A DNA stretch of 63,748 bases, filler included. It is 16 parts of 16 records of this genome, joined end to end, with 100 filler letters (N's around TTAATTAATTAA, not from the genome) between each part and the next. Parts side by side here need not be neighbours in the genome. Positions count along the whole stretch, not along the records: positions 24,118 to 26,840 come from SRR11831580_2842; positions 26,941 to 34,942 come from SRR11831580_2843; positions 35,043 to 38,372 come from SRR11831580_2903; 13 more parts are not named here. One strand, given 5' to 3'. Under the pieces are notes generated by a model, which made no database searches, had not been told where the DNA came from, and saw only the letters and a program-made list of their open reading frames with translations. Both the position numbers and the translations under genes were made by a program. Below, in pieces: positions 24,199 through 36,430 of this stretch (within the stretch, counting starts at the first letter, position 1; each line of letters begins with the position of its first letter).

Positions 24199-24534
24199 AT
24201 GCCCGCTAATGCTCGCTCTCACGCTGTACTGACCACTGAATCAAAGGTCACGATACGCGGACAAACAACTATCCCCGCGCCAGTGCGTGAGGCCTTAAAA
24301 CTGAAGCCAGGCCAGGACAGCATTCATTACGAAATTCTGCCTGGTGGGCAAGTATTTATGTGCCGACTGGGAGATGAACAGGAGGATCATACTATGAATG
24401 CATTTTTGCGTTTTCTGGATGCAGATATCCAGAACAACCCGCAAAAAACTCGTCCATTCAACATTCAACAAGGAAAGAAACTTGTCGCTGGCATGGACGT
24501 CAACATTGATGATGAGATTGGCGACGACGAATAA
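24199..24534 (+). CDS. prlF: Antitoxin PrlF (SohA), AbrB-like
   Basis: SKVTIRGQTTIPAPVREAL AbrB motif; coupled to yhaV. Confidence 0.96.
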   Translation: MPANARSHAVLTTESKVTIRGQTTIPAPVREALKLKPGQDSIHYEILPGGQVFMCRLGDEQEDHTMNAFLRFLDADIQNNPQKTRPFNIQQGKKLVAGMDVNIDDEIGDDE

Positions 24535-24998
24535 TGGATTTTCCACAAAGGGTTAATGGTTGGGCGCTATATGCTCATCCCTGTTTTCAGGAAACCTACG
24601 ACGCTTTAGTTGCCGAAGTCGAGACATTAAAGGGAAAAGATCCTGAAAATTATCAGAGAAAAGCCGCCACAAAGTTATTGGCGGTAGTCCATAAAGTGAT
24701 TGAGGAGCATATCACGGTCAATCCATCATCACCGGCATTCCGTCATGGCAAGTCGTTAGGCTCTGGGAAAAATAAAGACTGGTCACGGGTAAAATTTGGT
24801 GCTGGTCGTTATCGTCTCTTCTTTCGTTATAGTGAAAAAGAGAAAGTCATCATTCTGGGATGGATGAACGATGAAAACACTCTGCGCACCTACGGTAAAA
24901 AAACAGATGCCTATACCGTATTCAGCAAAATGTTAAAAAGAGGACATCCTCCTGCCGACTGGGAAACCCTCACCCGAGAAACAGAAGAAACCCATTGA
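24534..24998 (+). CDS. yhaV: Type II toxin YhaV (RelE-like endoribonuclease)
   Basis: GRYRLFFRY, LRTYGKKTDAY; 1-nt overlap with prlF. Confidence 0.96.
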   Translation: MDFPQRVNGWALYAHPCFQETYDALVAEVETLKGKDPENYQRKAATKLLAVVHKVIEEHITVNPSSPAFRHGKSLGSGKNKDWSRVKFGAGRYRLFFRYSEKEKVIILGWMNDENTLRTYGKKTDAYTVFSKMLKRGHPPADWETLTRETEETH

Positions 24999-25052
24999 TG
25001 GTGTTCACAATGCCCGCCGAACGCATTCGTGTTGACCAGCGGGCATCCTTTC

Positions 25053-25862
25053 TCACTCCCCGACCAGAATCACTTCAACCCCAGCCTTTCGCAGTCCTTC
25101 CAGGCTATCCGCAGGAATGCCTTCATCAACAATGATCATGTCGATACGTTGAGTATCAATGATCTTATGTAAACTGGAACGATTGAACTTACTGGAATCG
25201 GTGACCACGATGATCCGTTCCGCAACTTCGCACATCCGACGGTTTAAACGAGCTTCATCTTCATTATGTGTGCTGACGCCGCGCTCCAGATCGATCGCAT
25301 CTACACCAAGAAACAGCATATCGAAGTGGTAATTTTGCAGCGATTGCTCAGCCTGATCGCCGTAAAAAGATTGCGACTGACGGCGCAAATGCCCGCCGGT
25401 CATCAGCAGCTCAACGCCTTCCGCTTCCAGCAACGCATTAGCCACGTTCATACCGTTGGTCATCGCAATTACGTCAGTGTGCTTGCGCATCAGACGAGCA
25501 ATCTCAAAAGTGGTGGTCCCGGAATCGAGGATAACCCGATGACCTGGCTGAATCAACTCAACGGCAGCTTTCGCAACGCTGCGTTTCATCGCGGTGTTCA
25601 GTGCGCTTTTATCTTCCACTGATGGCTCGACTGACGGCGTCGTGCTATCGCAGATCAACGCGCCACCATAGGCACGCACAGCGATCCCCTGCTTTTCCAG
25701 AAACGCCAGATCGTTGCGGATCGTCACAGTAGATACGCCATACAATGCCGACAGATCGTTAACCTGCACACTCCCTTGCTGTCGCAGACGCTGAATGATC
25801 TGTTCTCGTCGCTCGCTGGTGCCAGTCACTCGCTTCTCACCTGAAGCGTCGGTATTACTCAT
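25053..25862 (-). CDS. agaR: DeoR-family repressor AgaR
   Basis: [24 protein letters not shown]. Confidence 0.96.
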
Positions 25863-25870
25863 AGTAAGTC

Positions 25871-26076
25871 CTTTCGTAAAACTTTCGTTTCATTTCGTTT
25901 TGCCTATTAACGCCTTTCTATTAAGCAAATGCAAGCCCACCTTGCCCATTGACGCAAGCTACTCTCGTTTCAGTGACTTTCATTATGTTTCTTTTGTGAA
26001 TCAGATCAGAAAACCATTATCTTTCGTTTTATTTTTATCTCACCATGACGCAGTATCAACTGAAACAAAACGAAAG
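25871..26076. promoter_or_regulatory. agaR-kbaZ divergent promoter region: AgaR-type TTTCGT repeats and a CRP site
   Basis: Tandem TTTCGT at 25871-25900, CTTTCGTTTT at 26021, inverted AAACGAAAG at 26068; TGTGA-N6-TCAGA at 25995-26010. Confidence 0.7.
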
Positions 26077-26110
26077 ATTAATATCGCAGTAATCTGAACT
26101 GGAGAGGAAA

Positions 26111-26840
26111 GTGAAACATCTGACAGAAATGGTGAGACAGCACAAAGCGGGCAAAACAAATGGAATTTATGCCGTTTGTTCCGCACATCCGCTGGTGCTG
26201 GAAGCTGCAATCCGCTACGCCAGTGCAAACCAAACGCCGTTACTGATTGAAGCAACCTCCAATCAGGTAGACCAGTTCGGCGGTTATACCGGAATGACGC
26301 CCGCCGATTTTCGCGGCTTTGTTTGTCAGCTCGCCGACTCGTTGAATTTCCCGCAGGATGCGTTGATTCTGGGTGGTGACCATCTGGGGCCAAACCGCTG
26401 GCAAAACCTGCCGGCCGCTCAGGCAATGGCCAATGCCGATGATTTGATTAAAAGCTACGTTGCGGCAGGATTCAAAAAAATCCACCTTGATTGCAGCATG
26501 TCCTGTCAGGACGATCCGATTCCCTTAACTGATGACATCGTGGCTGAACGCGCCGCCCGTCTGGCGAAAGTGGCGGAAGAAACCTGTCTTGAACACTTTG
26601 GCGAAGCCGATCTGGAGTATGTCATTGGTACCGAAGTGCCGGTACCTGGCGGCGCGCATGAAACCTTAAGCGAGCTGGCGGTCACCACGCCGGATGCCGC
26701 CCGCGCCACGCTGGAAGCCCATCGTCACGCCTTTGAAAAGCAAGGTTTGAATGCCATCTGGCCACGCATCATTGCCCTGGTGGTTCAACCCGGCGTCGAA
26801 TTCGATCACACCAACGTTATTGATTATCAGCCCGCCAAAG
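26111..26840 (+). CDS. kbaZ: Tagatose-bisphosphate aldolase subunit KbaZ (AgaZ), 3'-truncated
   Basis: GTG start; [32 protein letters not shown]. Confidence 0.95.
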
Positions 26841-26940
26841 NNNNNNNNNNNNNNNNNNNNNNNNNNNNNNNNNNNNNNNNNNNNTTAATTAATTAANNNN
26901 NNNNNNNNNNNNNNNNNNNNNNNNNNNNNNNNNNNNNNNN

Positions 26941-27721
26941 AAGAATGCATCCGTGGTTAGCCAGCCTTCCTCGGCCTTTTTTGCAATAAGACCCGAGCGT
27001 CAGCATCCGTGATGTTATTGAGGAATAACGCTCTGAAGAGCGGAATATCGTTCTCCGTTAGCATATTAAGATTGATGCTAAGTTCCGTGGTCGGGAGAAC
27101 GCAGACATACGGGATAAGCCGCTGATAGATGTTTTCGGTTATGCCTTTTATCTGACGTAATTCGCCAGTCAGAAAAAGCATCTGATTGGCACTATGCCGG
27201 GGCGGCGTCTGGCTTTGGTAAAAGCTATCTTCTGCGCCGTGAAAGCGTGGTGAGTCATCGACATCAATATAGTCAGCGATTGATTGCACGATCTCATCGG
27301 TGTTTCCGCGATCGATACCGGCGTTAATCAGCAGCGCACTGAATACCTGGGCGGGGAAATCAGGGGAAGCCAGCGGGTCGTCAGAGATTTTTGCTAACGC
27401 ATTGAGATTAAAACAGTGCTGGGCATCGCGTAACTGCCACTTCACTGTATTGCCATCTTCCAGCTGCAACTGTTGTGGCTGTGCCCAGTACTGCTGCAAC
27501 GTGGTCTGTCTGTCGTTATCTTTAACGTCCTGGGTGAGGCTGGCAAGCGCAAGTTTCTCCGCCAGTTCAATATCATATTGCCGTTGCAGATGATGGTTTA
27601 CCTGGCGGGTTCGCTGAAGCTGGCTGTGAAAACTGAGCGTCATGTCTGCTGCCAGAGCAGCCATGAGCGCCAGTAACATGAGTACAATGAGCAGCGCGAC
27701 GCCGCGTTGTTCATTATTCAT
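26941..27721 (-). CDS. gspK: T2SS minor pseudopilin GspK, 3'-truncated, with 1-nt deletion near 26969
   Basis: QRGVALLIVL prepilin leader; original frame resumes (EGWLTTDAF) after the frameshift. Confidence 0.93.
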
Positions 27722-28301
27722 GGTTATTATTCCCGGCCTGCGTCTGAGCTGGCGACTCTTCTCTCGCTAACTGCTCAGGTAATGCAAAACGGCGCTGTAA
27801 CCCCCCATATTGCTGAGTCTGCAGATGTAACGTGACTGAGAGAGGAAGTTCCTGGCTTTCCCCGCTGTTACTTTCCAGAAGAAAGCTCTCGACATGTTCC
27901 AGCATCGCCTGGGCGGGTTGATCCTTCCTGCCATCCACAGAAGTACGAACAGCACGGTAGAGCGTATGATTTCGCAGATACCAGTGAACAGTGAGTAAGG
28001 TTTGTGCTTCACTGAGAGGAGCCAGCGGATCGCGACTTTGCGTGGTAAAAATAGCTTCTTCACCCAACACCATGATTTTGTCCGTACTCCGATTCCTCCG
28101 GGCGACCAGTTGCAGGAGATCGTTATCAAGAATGGTGATGGTGCGCTGTAGCTGATTGAACTGCTGGATTTCTTTCTGTGAGCGTTGATGCAACTCGGAA
28201 GCTTGCGAAAAAATCATAAACGCCAGCACGCTAAGCATTGAGAAAATCGCCAGCGCCGCCATGACCTCCAGCAATGTGAAACCCTGCTGGCGATTAATCA
28301 T
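27714..28301 (-). CDS. gspJ: T2SS minor pseudopilin GspJ
   Basis: [10 protein letters not shown] leader; cluster order. Confidence 0.94.
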
Positions 28302-28671
28302 CTTGTGCCTGCCCGGATTTATTATCGATGCTTTGATAACGCGTAAGCGAGGTTGTCTGACCGCTGGGTAATGTCACCGTTATGGTGCGTTCCAGAAGCG
28401 TGCCGTCTTTGCTTGAGTGGATATCGCTGCGCCAGTTCCACTCTTCGCCATTTATTAACTCTTTGCCAGAACTGGACGTGTTTTCCTCGCCGAATGAATC
28501 TTGTGACTGAAGCTGGTTATCCGCTATCCACAATGCCAGCGTCTCGTTACGCATTCGCTCGATGGCATTTCGTTGCCCTTGCATACTGCTCATTAAAGTC
28601 AGAGCAACAGCGGTGAAAATACTCATCGCCAGTAAGACTTCAAGCAGTGTCATCCCTGATTGTTTGTTCAT
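28294..28671 (-). CDS. gspI: T2SS minor pseudopilin GspI
   Basis: [13 protein letters not shown] leader, start 28671. Confidence 0.93.
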
Positions 28672-29177
28672 GGGCGGGTATCTCTGGCGAGCGTTTGATC
28701 CAGGGGCCATGAGCCTGAACAGACTAACGTCAGGAGCGGCTCACCGGTCCCGGCGTTAGCCATCAACAAAGAGAAGGGCGTGATTTGTCCGTCGGCCAGA
28801 ATCACAACCTGTGGCTGGTTGCTGTCATCAGGTTTAAATGGCTGAAGATGAATTGAGAGTTCTTCATCCCAGTCATTTTGGCTCTCGTCTGCGGCATCTT
28901 CTTGTAATGGAACCCAGCGCCAGGCTGATGGTGTTTTGCCCGGTACCATAATGCGCCATGCTGAATCAGAGAAATGGATACCGACAGGCTGACCACTGAG
29001 CGTGGCGCGGTCGATGGCTAATTCAAGTGCAGCGGTAAACCGCGCCGCTGTTTCGCGCGCACGAGTGCTGGCGACATCCTCCCGGCCATATGTGAAGAGC
29101 ACCACGCTTGCCGTGATAGCGACCAGCGCCAGCACCAGCATCATCTCCAGCAGGGTAAACCCGCGTTGCTGATTCAT
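28668..29177 (-). CDS. gspH: T2SS minor pseudopilin GspH
   Basis: [11 protein letters not shown] leader. Confidence 0.94.
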
Positions 29178-29184
29178 CGCTGAC

Positions 29185-29622
29185 TTACTTTTTCTTCTTG
29201 CTCAAACCCCAGTTGGTGATGTCGTCCTCGGTTCCCATTTCACCATCGGGCCCTGCTGAAAGCAGATCGTATGCACCATGTTCACCAGGATTAACGAGGA
29301 CATAATCATTGCCCCAGGGATCGGCAGGCAGACGCTTGATATAACCTTCCTTGTTATAGTTTGCGGCCAGCGGTGGCAGTGTCGGCGCTTCTACTAAGGA
29401 TTCAAGCCCCTGATTTGTGGTTGGATAGTGATGATTGTCGAGTTTGTACATATCAAGGGCGTTTTCCAGCGCCACAATATCGCTGACGGCTTTTTGCTTA
29501 TCCGCCTTTTCTTTATTGCCCATTAGGTTAGGAACCACCAGGCTGGCAAGTACGCCGATAATGACGATCACCACCATAATTTCCAGTAATGTAAAACCGC
29601 GTTGCTTATCCGTTGCGCGCAT
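29185..29622 (-). CDS. gspG: T2SS major pseudopilin GspG
   Basis: GFTLLEIMVV, DPWGNDY, SAGPDG. Confidence 0.97.
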   Translation of the reverse strand: MRATDKQRGFTLLEIMVVIVIIGVLASLVVPNLMGNKEKADKQKAVSDIVALENALDMYKLDNHHYPTTNQGLESLVEAPTLPPLAANYNKEGYIKRLPADPWGNDYVLVNPGEHGAYDLLSAGPDGEMGTEDDITNWGLSKKKK

Positions 29623-29631
29623 ATGCTTTCC

Positions 29632-30828
29632 TTAATTAATCATTGAGTTAAGTTGAAGAAGAGGTTGGAGTACCGACACGACAATAAACAGGACGATCAG
29701 TGCCATCGTAATAATGAGTGCTGGCTCGAAGATGGAGAGCGTTAAGGCGATCCGATTTTGTTGGAGTGTCTCCTGGTTATCTGCGGCTCTGACCATTAAT
29801 GTGCCGAGCTGCCCGCTTTTTTCGCCAGAGGCCACCATGTAGAGCATCATCGGCGGGAAAATTGCGGTTTGTTCCAGCGAAAGATGAATGCTGTTACCCT
29901 GGCGAACGTTCTCTGCCGCATTTGCCAGACGCTGGCGAATTTCGAGGTTGTTGAGGCTTTCGGTGGACAAATTCATCCCATCCAGCAGAGGGACGCCGCT
30001 GGATTGCAAAATACTTAAAGTGCGGAGATAGCGTGCGCTGTTAATGGCGCAAATCAGCGGGCCGATGAGCGCAACGCGCAGCAACATGGCATGAAAACGG
30101 TGGCGGTTATTGCCGCGTTTTAACCAGAGCCAGAAACCTACAGCGACAATAAACACTGTCGCTAATAATGTCGGGCCGGTACGTTGCAACGTGTCGCTCA
30201 GACCTAAAAGAATGCGTGTACTCAGCGGCAGTTGCTGCTTCATATGCACGAACTGTTCGGTAATTTTGGGCACGACAGCAGTGAGGAGAATAATCACGAC
30301 CCCAATCGCCACCGTAGTGAGCATACAGGGGTAGATCAGTGACTGAATGAGCTTGCTGCGGATTTTCTGCCGGTTTTCATTGTAATCAGCCAGCTTTTCC
30401 AACACCGGGGCCAGCAGCCCGCTCTTTTCGCCCGCTTTTACCAGGGTACGATAGAGCGAATCGAAAAGCGTGGGAAAATGCTGTAATGCATCGGAAAGGG
30501 GATGCCCTTCAAGGATGGCGCTGCGTACCTGATTTAACACGTCACCCAGTCGTTTATTACTGCTTTGTTGACCGATTACGGCAAGGCTCTCTTCCAGGGG
30601 TAATGCCGCTGCGCTTAAGGTTGCCAACTGCCGGGTGAAAAGCGTCAGTTCACTATGGCTGATCCTCGGGCGACGTGTTTTTACTCCCGAACTTTTTTGG
30701 GGGCGAATATCCAGCAGGAAAAGCCCTTCTTCACGCAGCCGCAGTCGTGCCTGACGTTCATCGTTAGCATCAATGATCCCTTGCAATTTTTGACCATCCT
30801 GGGTCATGGCGCGATAGCGATAATTCAT
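29632..30828 (-). CDS. gspF: T2SS inner-membrane platform protein GspF
   Basis: [22 protein letters not shown] motifs. Confidence 0.96.
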
Positions 30829-32306
30829 GCTTCGCTCTCCAGCGTGGCACTGGCGACGCGCATAACCTCATCCCAGGAGGTGTCACCGCTTATCACTTTT
30901 TGCAGGCCATTTTTGATTAAGGCCTTGTGTTGTTGCCGGACTAGTCGCTCCAGTGCTTGTTCATCCACATTTTCATGAATAGCGGCCCGTAATTCCGGCG
31001 TCACCACCATCATTTCGTGGATCGCCATGCGCCCCTGATAGCCGGATTGATGGCAATGAGGGCAGCCTACGGGAGTGCCAATTGTTGTCACCGCGAGCTG
31101 ATGATATTTAAACATCTGCGCTTGTTGGGGTGATACGGGCGTGAATTGTCGGCATTGCGGACACAGGCGACGAACCAGACGTTGCGCGATAATCCCTGCC
31201 AGGGAAGACGAAAGCAGGAATGATTCGACGCCCATGTCGCGGAGCCGGGTCACTGCGCCTGATGCACTGTTAGTGTGGAGTGTTGAGAGTACCAGATGGC
31301 CGGTGAGCGAGGCCTGAACCGCAATCTGCGCGGTTTCTGTATCACGAATTTCCCCCACCATGACGACATCCGGGTCCTGGCGAAGTATGGCGCGCAGGCC
31401 GCGAGCGAAAGACATATCCACACGGGTATTCACCTGCGTTTGCCCAATGCCTTCCAGCTCATATTCCACGGGATCTTCTACCGTCAGAATATTGCGGCCG
31501 GGAGTATTCAGCGCCGAAAGGATGGCGTAGAGCGTGGTGCTTTTACCGGAGCCTGTCGGCCCTGTCACCAGGATAATACCGTGCGGAAGCTGAATGAGAT
31601 TTTCTAAATCCTGCTTATCCGCTGCCGTCATCCCCAGGTTGTTCAATGAAAGCTGGAGGCTGTTTTTATCCAGCAGGCGGAGTACGGCGCGTTCACCATA
31701 GATGGACGGCAGTGTGGATACGCGGACATCTATGTTACGTCGCCCGATACGCAAACTAATTCTTCCATCCTGTGGAATACGTTTTTCGGCGATATCAAGA
31801 CGAGCCATGACCTTAATTCGGGAGATAAGCAGTGCCGCCAGTTTTTTGTTTGGCTGTAAAATTGTCCGCAAAACGCCGTCGATGCGAAAACGGATCGACA
31901 TTGTTTTTTCATAGGTTTCAATGTGGATATCAGAGGCGGTTTCTTTGATGGCCTCACTCAAAATCGCATTGATCAAGCGGATAACCGGTGCCGCTGAATC
32001 TTCATTCAGGAGATCTTCATTTGCGGGCATCTCTTCCGAAAGCGAGAGAAGATCGACGGATTGATCGATATCCTGCGCAATCTGTTGCGACTCACCGGTA
32101 TTCTGATGGAATACCGCTTCCAGCCGAGCTTCAAAATCAGCCTGTGACAAGCTGGTCATGGTCTGGCACTGGCCAACCTGACGTTGAATATCGAGTAACC
32201 GCTCGAATGGCGTATCGGCGAGATAAATAATCTCGCCCTCTGAATAGAGATAACCAATTCGTTGTGCCAGCGCCCAACTGGCGGGGTACGGTGAGTGAAT
32301 TCTCAT
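30825..32306 (-). CDS. gspE: T2SS ATPase GspE
   Basis: [11 protein letters not shown]alker [21 protein letters not shown], CxxC pairs. Confidence 0.97.
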   Translation of the reverse strand: MRIHSPYPASWALAQRIGYLYSEGEIIYLADTPFERLLDIQRQVGQCQTMTSLSQADFEARLEAVFHQNTGESQQIAQDIDQSVDLLSLSEEMPANEDLLNEDSAAPVIRLINAILSEAIKETASDIHIETYEKTMSIRFRIDGVLRTILQPNKKLAALLISRIKVMARLDIAEKRIPQDGRISLRIGRRNIDVRVSTLPSIYGERAVLRLLDKNSLQLSLNNLGMTAADKQDLENLIQLPHGIILVTGPTGSGKSTTLYAILSALNTPGRNILTVEDPVEYELEGIGQTQVNTRVDMSFARGLRAILRQDPDVVMVGEIRDTETAQIAVQASLTGHLVLSTLHTNSASGAVTRLRDMGVESFLLSSSLAGIIAQRLVRRLCPQCRQFTPVSPQQAQMFKYHQLAVTTIGTPVGCPHCHQSGYQGRMAIHEMMVVTPELRAAIHENVDEQALERLVRQQHKALIKNGLQKVISGDTSWDEVMRVASATLESEA

Positions 32307-32315
32307 ATGAATGCC

Positions 32316-34268
32316 TCACCGTGACGATGGCGCAGGGGCGTGACTGTTGAACGTGTTTTCATCCAGCACCGGCAAATCTTCCGAGCCAACCAGCGCTTTT
32401 GATTTCCCGTCGATCCGCTGTTGTTGCTCCTGACGGTAACGGGTGTATTTCTCTTTTGACAGTGAGCGATAAACATCATCGTCACGGATAATCGTCGGAC
32501 GGATAAATACCATCAGGTTGCGTTTAGCGCGCTCGGTGGAGGTATAGCGGAAGAGTTGCCCCACTAAAGGAATATCGCCAAGCAGAGGAACCTTTGACAC
32601 TTGCTCTTTAGAAAAATCATCCAGCAATCCGCCCAGGACCACCGTTTCACCGGTTTTGACCAGCACGGCGTTTTGAATAGTACGGGTATTAAACGTCGGG
32701 CCGAGCGTCGAGTTAGAGGAAGAGTCAACGCTGGAGACTTCCTGCTCTATTTCGAGCAACACCGCGTCGCCTTCATTGACCTGCGGAGTAACTTTGAGTT
32801 TTGTCCCCACCGTTTTGCGTTCGACGGTATTAAAGACGTTATCCCCTGAAGTGGTCTGTGACCCGGATAGCACCGGCACATCCTGCCCCACGTTGAAGGA
32901 CGCGAGTTTATTATCCAGCGTTACGATGCTTGGGGTGGCGAGGATGTCATTTTTATTGTTACTGGCCAGCGCGGTAAGCAGTACTCCCCAGTCGCCATTG
33001 AAGAAGCCTGCGGCCATGCCATTGTAGGCGCTAAACATATCCCAGGCAGGATTCGCGCTGGTGATCCCACCATTCTTTTTATAATCAGCCACACCTTGCG
33101 CAGCGTTAAAAATCGGTAATCCGGTATTGGTAAATTGCTGTGCGCCAACGTTTTTATTCGCCCATTGCACGCCGAGGTTTAGTCCATTTCCATCCTGAAC
33201 TTCAACGATGATTGCCTCAACCAGCACCTGTGCACGGCGAATGTCCAGACGCGCAATTACCGTGGCGAGTTTTTCCTGGACGGACTGGTCAGCGGTAATG
33301 ACCAGAGAGTTAGTCTGTTCATCGGCGGTAATGGCGACGTTATCCATCGCGCCAGAAGAGGAGGGCTTACGCGCATTCCCTTTTTCATCTTTCAGCTTTT
33401 CGGAAACACCGGTTAGCACTTCCACCAGATTCGTGGCTTTAGCATATTTCAGGTAATAAACCCGGGTATTTCCTTCCTCGCTCTCTTCGACATCAAGGCT
33501 TTTCAGTAATGAAGTGATGCGCTGGCGTGCTTTTTCCGGTCCACTGATGATAAGAGAGTTGGTTCGCTTATCCGCCACAATCTTCGCGGAGAGGAGGGCT
33601 GGCATCTGGCTTTTACCGTGGCTTTCGCTGATTAATTGATTAAGAATCTCGGCGAGATCTTCCGCTGACGCATATTCCAGATGAATAATTTGCTGCTTCT
33701 CTGTGCCGATGACATCAACGCGCTTTATGACTTCAATCAGTTTATTAATGGTGGAGGCACGACCGGTCAGAATAAGAACGTTGGAGGGTTCATAATGCAC
33801 AACATTACCGACGCTACCCGCATCCATCATCTGGCGGAGCAGGGGGGCCAGGTCACGAGCAGGAACGTTCTCAAGCGGTACAATTCGGGTGACCAACTCA
33901 TCACCTACGCCTGGACGAGAACTGTCAGCAATCATCCCTGGCGATGTTTTTACATTAGCTGAGCGAACCACTTTCAGAAAACCATTGTCCAGCGTGATCA
34001 CGGAATAACCGTAAAGATCAAGAATACTTAAAAAGAACTGGTAGTACTCCTGTTGGCTAAACGTATCATTACTGCGTACGGAAATGGTTCCCTGTACCGA
34101 AGGGTCGATCAGGATCGTTTTGCCAAGATGCTGACCCACTATTTCCACGAACTGGCGGATATCGGCGTTATTGAAGTTCGCGCCGTATTGTTCGTTCTCA
34201 GCGTGTCCTGCACAAGGCATGAGTAGTGCTGCCAGCAAGCAGCAGGTGATTTTATTGAGTCCTTTCAT
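32316..34268 (-). CDS. gspD: T2SS secretin GspD
   Basis: [32 protein letters not shown]; alternative start 34280. Confidence 0.96.
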
Positions 34269-34942
34269 GACGCAGTCCATTCATTCCTGTAAGTTCCCCG
34301 ACGGAAACATTTATCAAGCGGGGTACGCCGTTGCGACGAATTGTAAACTGAGCACTTTGTTGAGTTAGCAGTAAACTTAATGCCTGTGAAACCTCATCAG
34401 GGTGGGTCAGCGAAAGATTATTGATCCTGAGGGCGATATCCCCTGGTTGTAGCAAGCTGGTGGTAAATGCATTGAGGCCCTTACGAGGGTTCAATCGAAG
34501 CCCGTATATCTGTTCTCCATCACGTATAGGCGTGGCGATAATATAATCAGCGAGTACATTTTGACTTTCTGAATCAGGCTGCTTGATGATGTCAGGTAGC
34601 CCTGGATGGAGAGTTACTTTTTCGTAATGCCCGTGAGTTTCAAACACAACGCTGGTTTTATTTATTTTTCTAATAAACGTTCCCGGCGCTGACTCAAGGG
34701 CTTCGTTGAGGGAGTATCGCTTTTGTTCGCTCCCCTCATTAATTAAGACAAAAGAAGTCTCATCATTCGATGTGAGTACAATGCCATTAAGCGCTATAGA
34801 GAGCTTAGGTGTTTCCTGATTAACTGCCACGGGATTTGCATCTTTTACCCCAGCATGATTTTCGTTACGCCATAAAGCGGCAAGGCTGAAATCAGACTGA
34901 AATGCGTTTGTTGGTTGATTAATGATCTGTCCATTTTTAACT
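34252..34942 (-). CDS. gspC: T2SS protein GspC, 5'-truncated
   Basis: HR domain plus PDZ-like [11 protein letters not shown]; overlaps gspD start. Confidence 0.92.
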
Positions 34943-35223
34943 NNNNNNNNNNNNNNNNNNNNNNNNNNNNNNNNNNNNNNNNNNNNTTAATTAATTAANN
35001 NNNNNNNNNNNNNNNNNNNNNNNNNNNNNNNNNNNNNNNNNNTTGAGGACGACGGCGCACGAGATGGTAAATAACACTCTGACAAGCACTGTGAGTGAAT
35101 GCACCAACGAAGGGGAACTCAGCACGGGAGATGGAGGCAAGATATGAGGGTTGGGGGAAACACAAAACACATAGTTACATCCGCATTCATTTTGTTGGAA
35201 AGAACCACACATGCAAACCGGAC

Positions 35224-36241
35224 CTTAAAGTGACGCAGGTCGTGTTCTGCGAGACGTGAGGTGGCAGCGACACAGCGGCGTAGCTTAAGATCCGTTTCAC
35301 CGTCAATATTGGCCGTCTGCAAGAGCGCACGAGGACAAATAGGTGTTAGCACCCGCGTGTACTGACAACAATCACAGCCAAAGCACAAGGAGACCGGTCA
35401 CAGATTCCACACAGCACGTGCTCAAAGTGCGCACAGGCTGAGTCAAGAGTATGCGTCTATTCTTCGCCACACATAAACACAACGATATCTACCGTGTAGG
35501 CATATACCAACCAATCATGATTCCCCGATACACATACCCACACGACCATCACCACGTACGAACCTGCACAAAGCAGCTCCCGTCCGGCTCCGATGTGCCG
35601 ATTACCACGAGATCGCACGGAAACTCGTGTCCCTCCGTCACATACACCACGTCACCCACACGAATCTGCTGTGATTGCACCTGCACATCAATAGAGCAGC
35701 ATGCGACCAACACGCGTGAGCTACTGGCACACTCTTCCCCAGGGTACCACGTGATATCAAACGATGTAAAGGTACGTGTGCATATAAATCGATACGGGCA
35801 TCAGAGTGACGTACCATGGTGACAGAGCCTTCCCTCGCGATGGCGAACATCCTCTCATTGGCTACTTTGTCATTCCTCGCGCGTTTCAGGTCATCCAGGG
35901 CTTCACGTAACGCGGACAGAGAAAAGATCAGGAGCAGTGGAATCCATGTCGTGAGAGGTGATACTGGGGCAATTTCACTCCAGAGCTGCAAGCACGCAAT
36001 CAAGAGGAAGTATCGATTCATATGATGCCTGCAGAACAGTTACATTAGTAGCGGCAAACGGGACCAGAGGGGGAATTACGCACTTGAATTGCAACCATAG
36101 CGCAAGAGGCACAAAATTCAGAGCGTTGTATTTGGTATTGGAGATACGGTTAGGACCAAACTGCGCCGCTGTGAATGCATCCTGCGCTCTGATAACGCGC
36201 TCGGGCGGGGGCCCCACTGGGCGTGAGGAGAATGTGCCCAT
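35224..36241 (-). CDS. Eukaryotic P4-type ATPase (phospholipid flippase, ALA2-like), N-terminal 4 exons: 36241-36084, 36028-35815, 35680-35564, 35316-35224
   Basis: GT-AG splicing yields NRISNTKYNALNFVP..LQFKHHMNRYFLLIACLQLWSEIAPVSPLTTW..QIRVGDVV..FPCDLVVIGTSEPDGSCFVQ-TANIDGETDLKLR; DGET is the P4-ATPase actuator motif and frame is kept at every junction. Confidence 0.92.
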
Positions 36242-36430
36242 CGATGAGTGCGCGAATTCAACTAACGAGGCAGTCTGTTGTGCAGTTCGACGGCCGTGTG
36301 ATCTTTATGGTGCTTATCCTATCTTTCACGATACGATGGCCCGTGCACGCTTTCACAAAGATGCACTCTACATTCGCACGGTCAGAATTCTGACCTTCTG
36401 CACTGTTGGCGCCTGAATCGCGCGGTTTTC

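Noticed and set aside
24199..24998. prlF-yhaV as a new defence or toxin-antitoxin module
   Set aside because: Well-described E. coli type II TA pair in its usual position beside agaR
26941..34942. gsp cluster as a novel secretion system
   Set aside because: Gene order and proteins match the known cryptic E. coli K-12 T2SS
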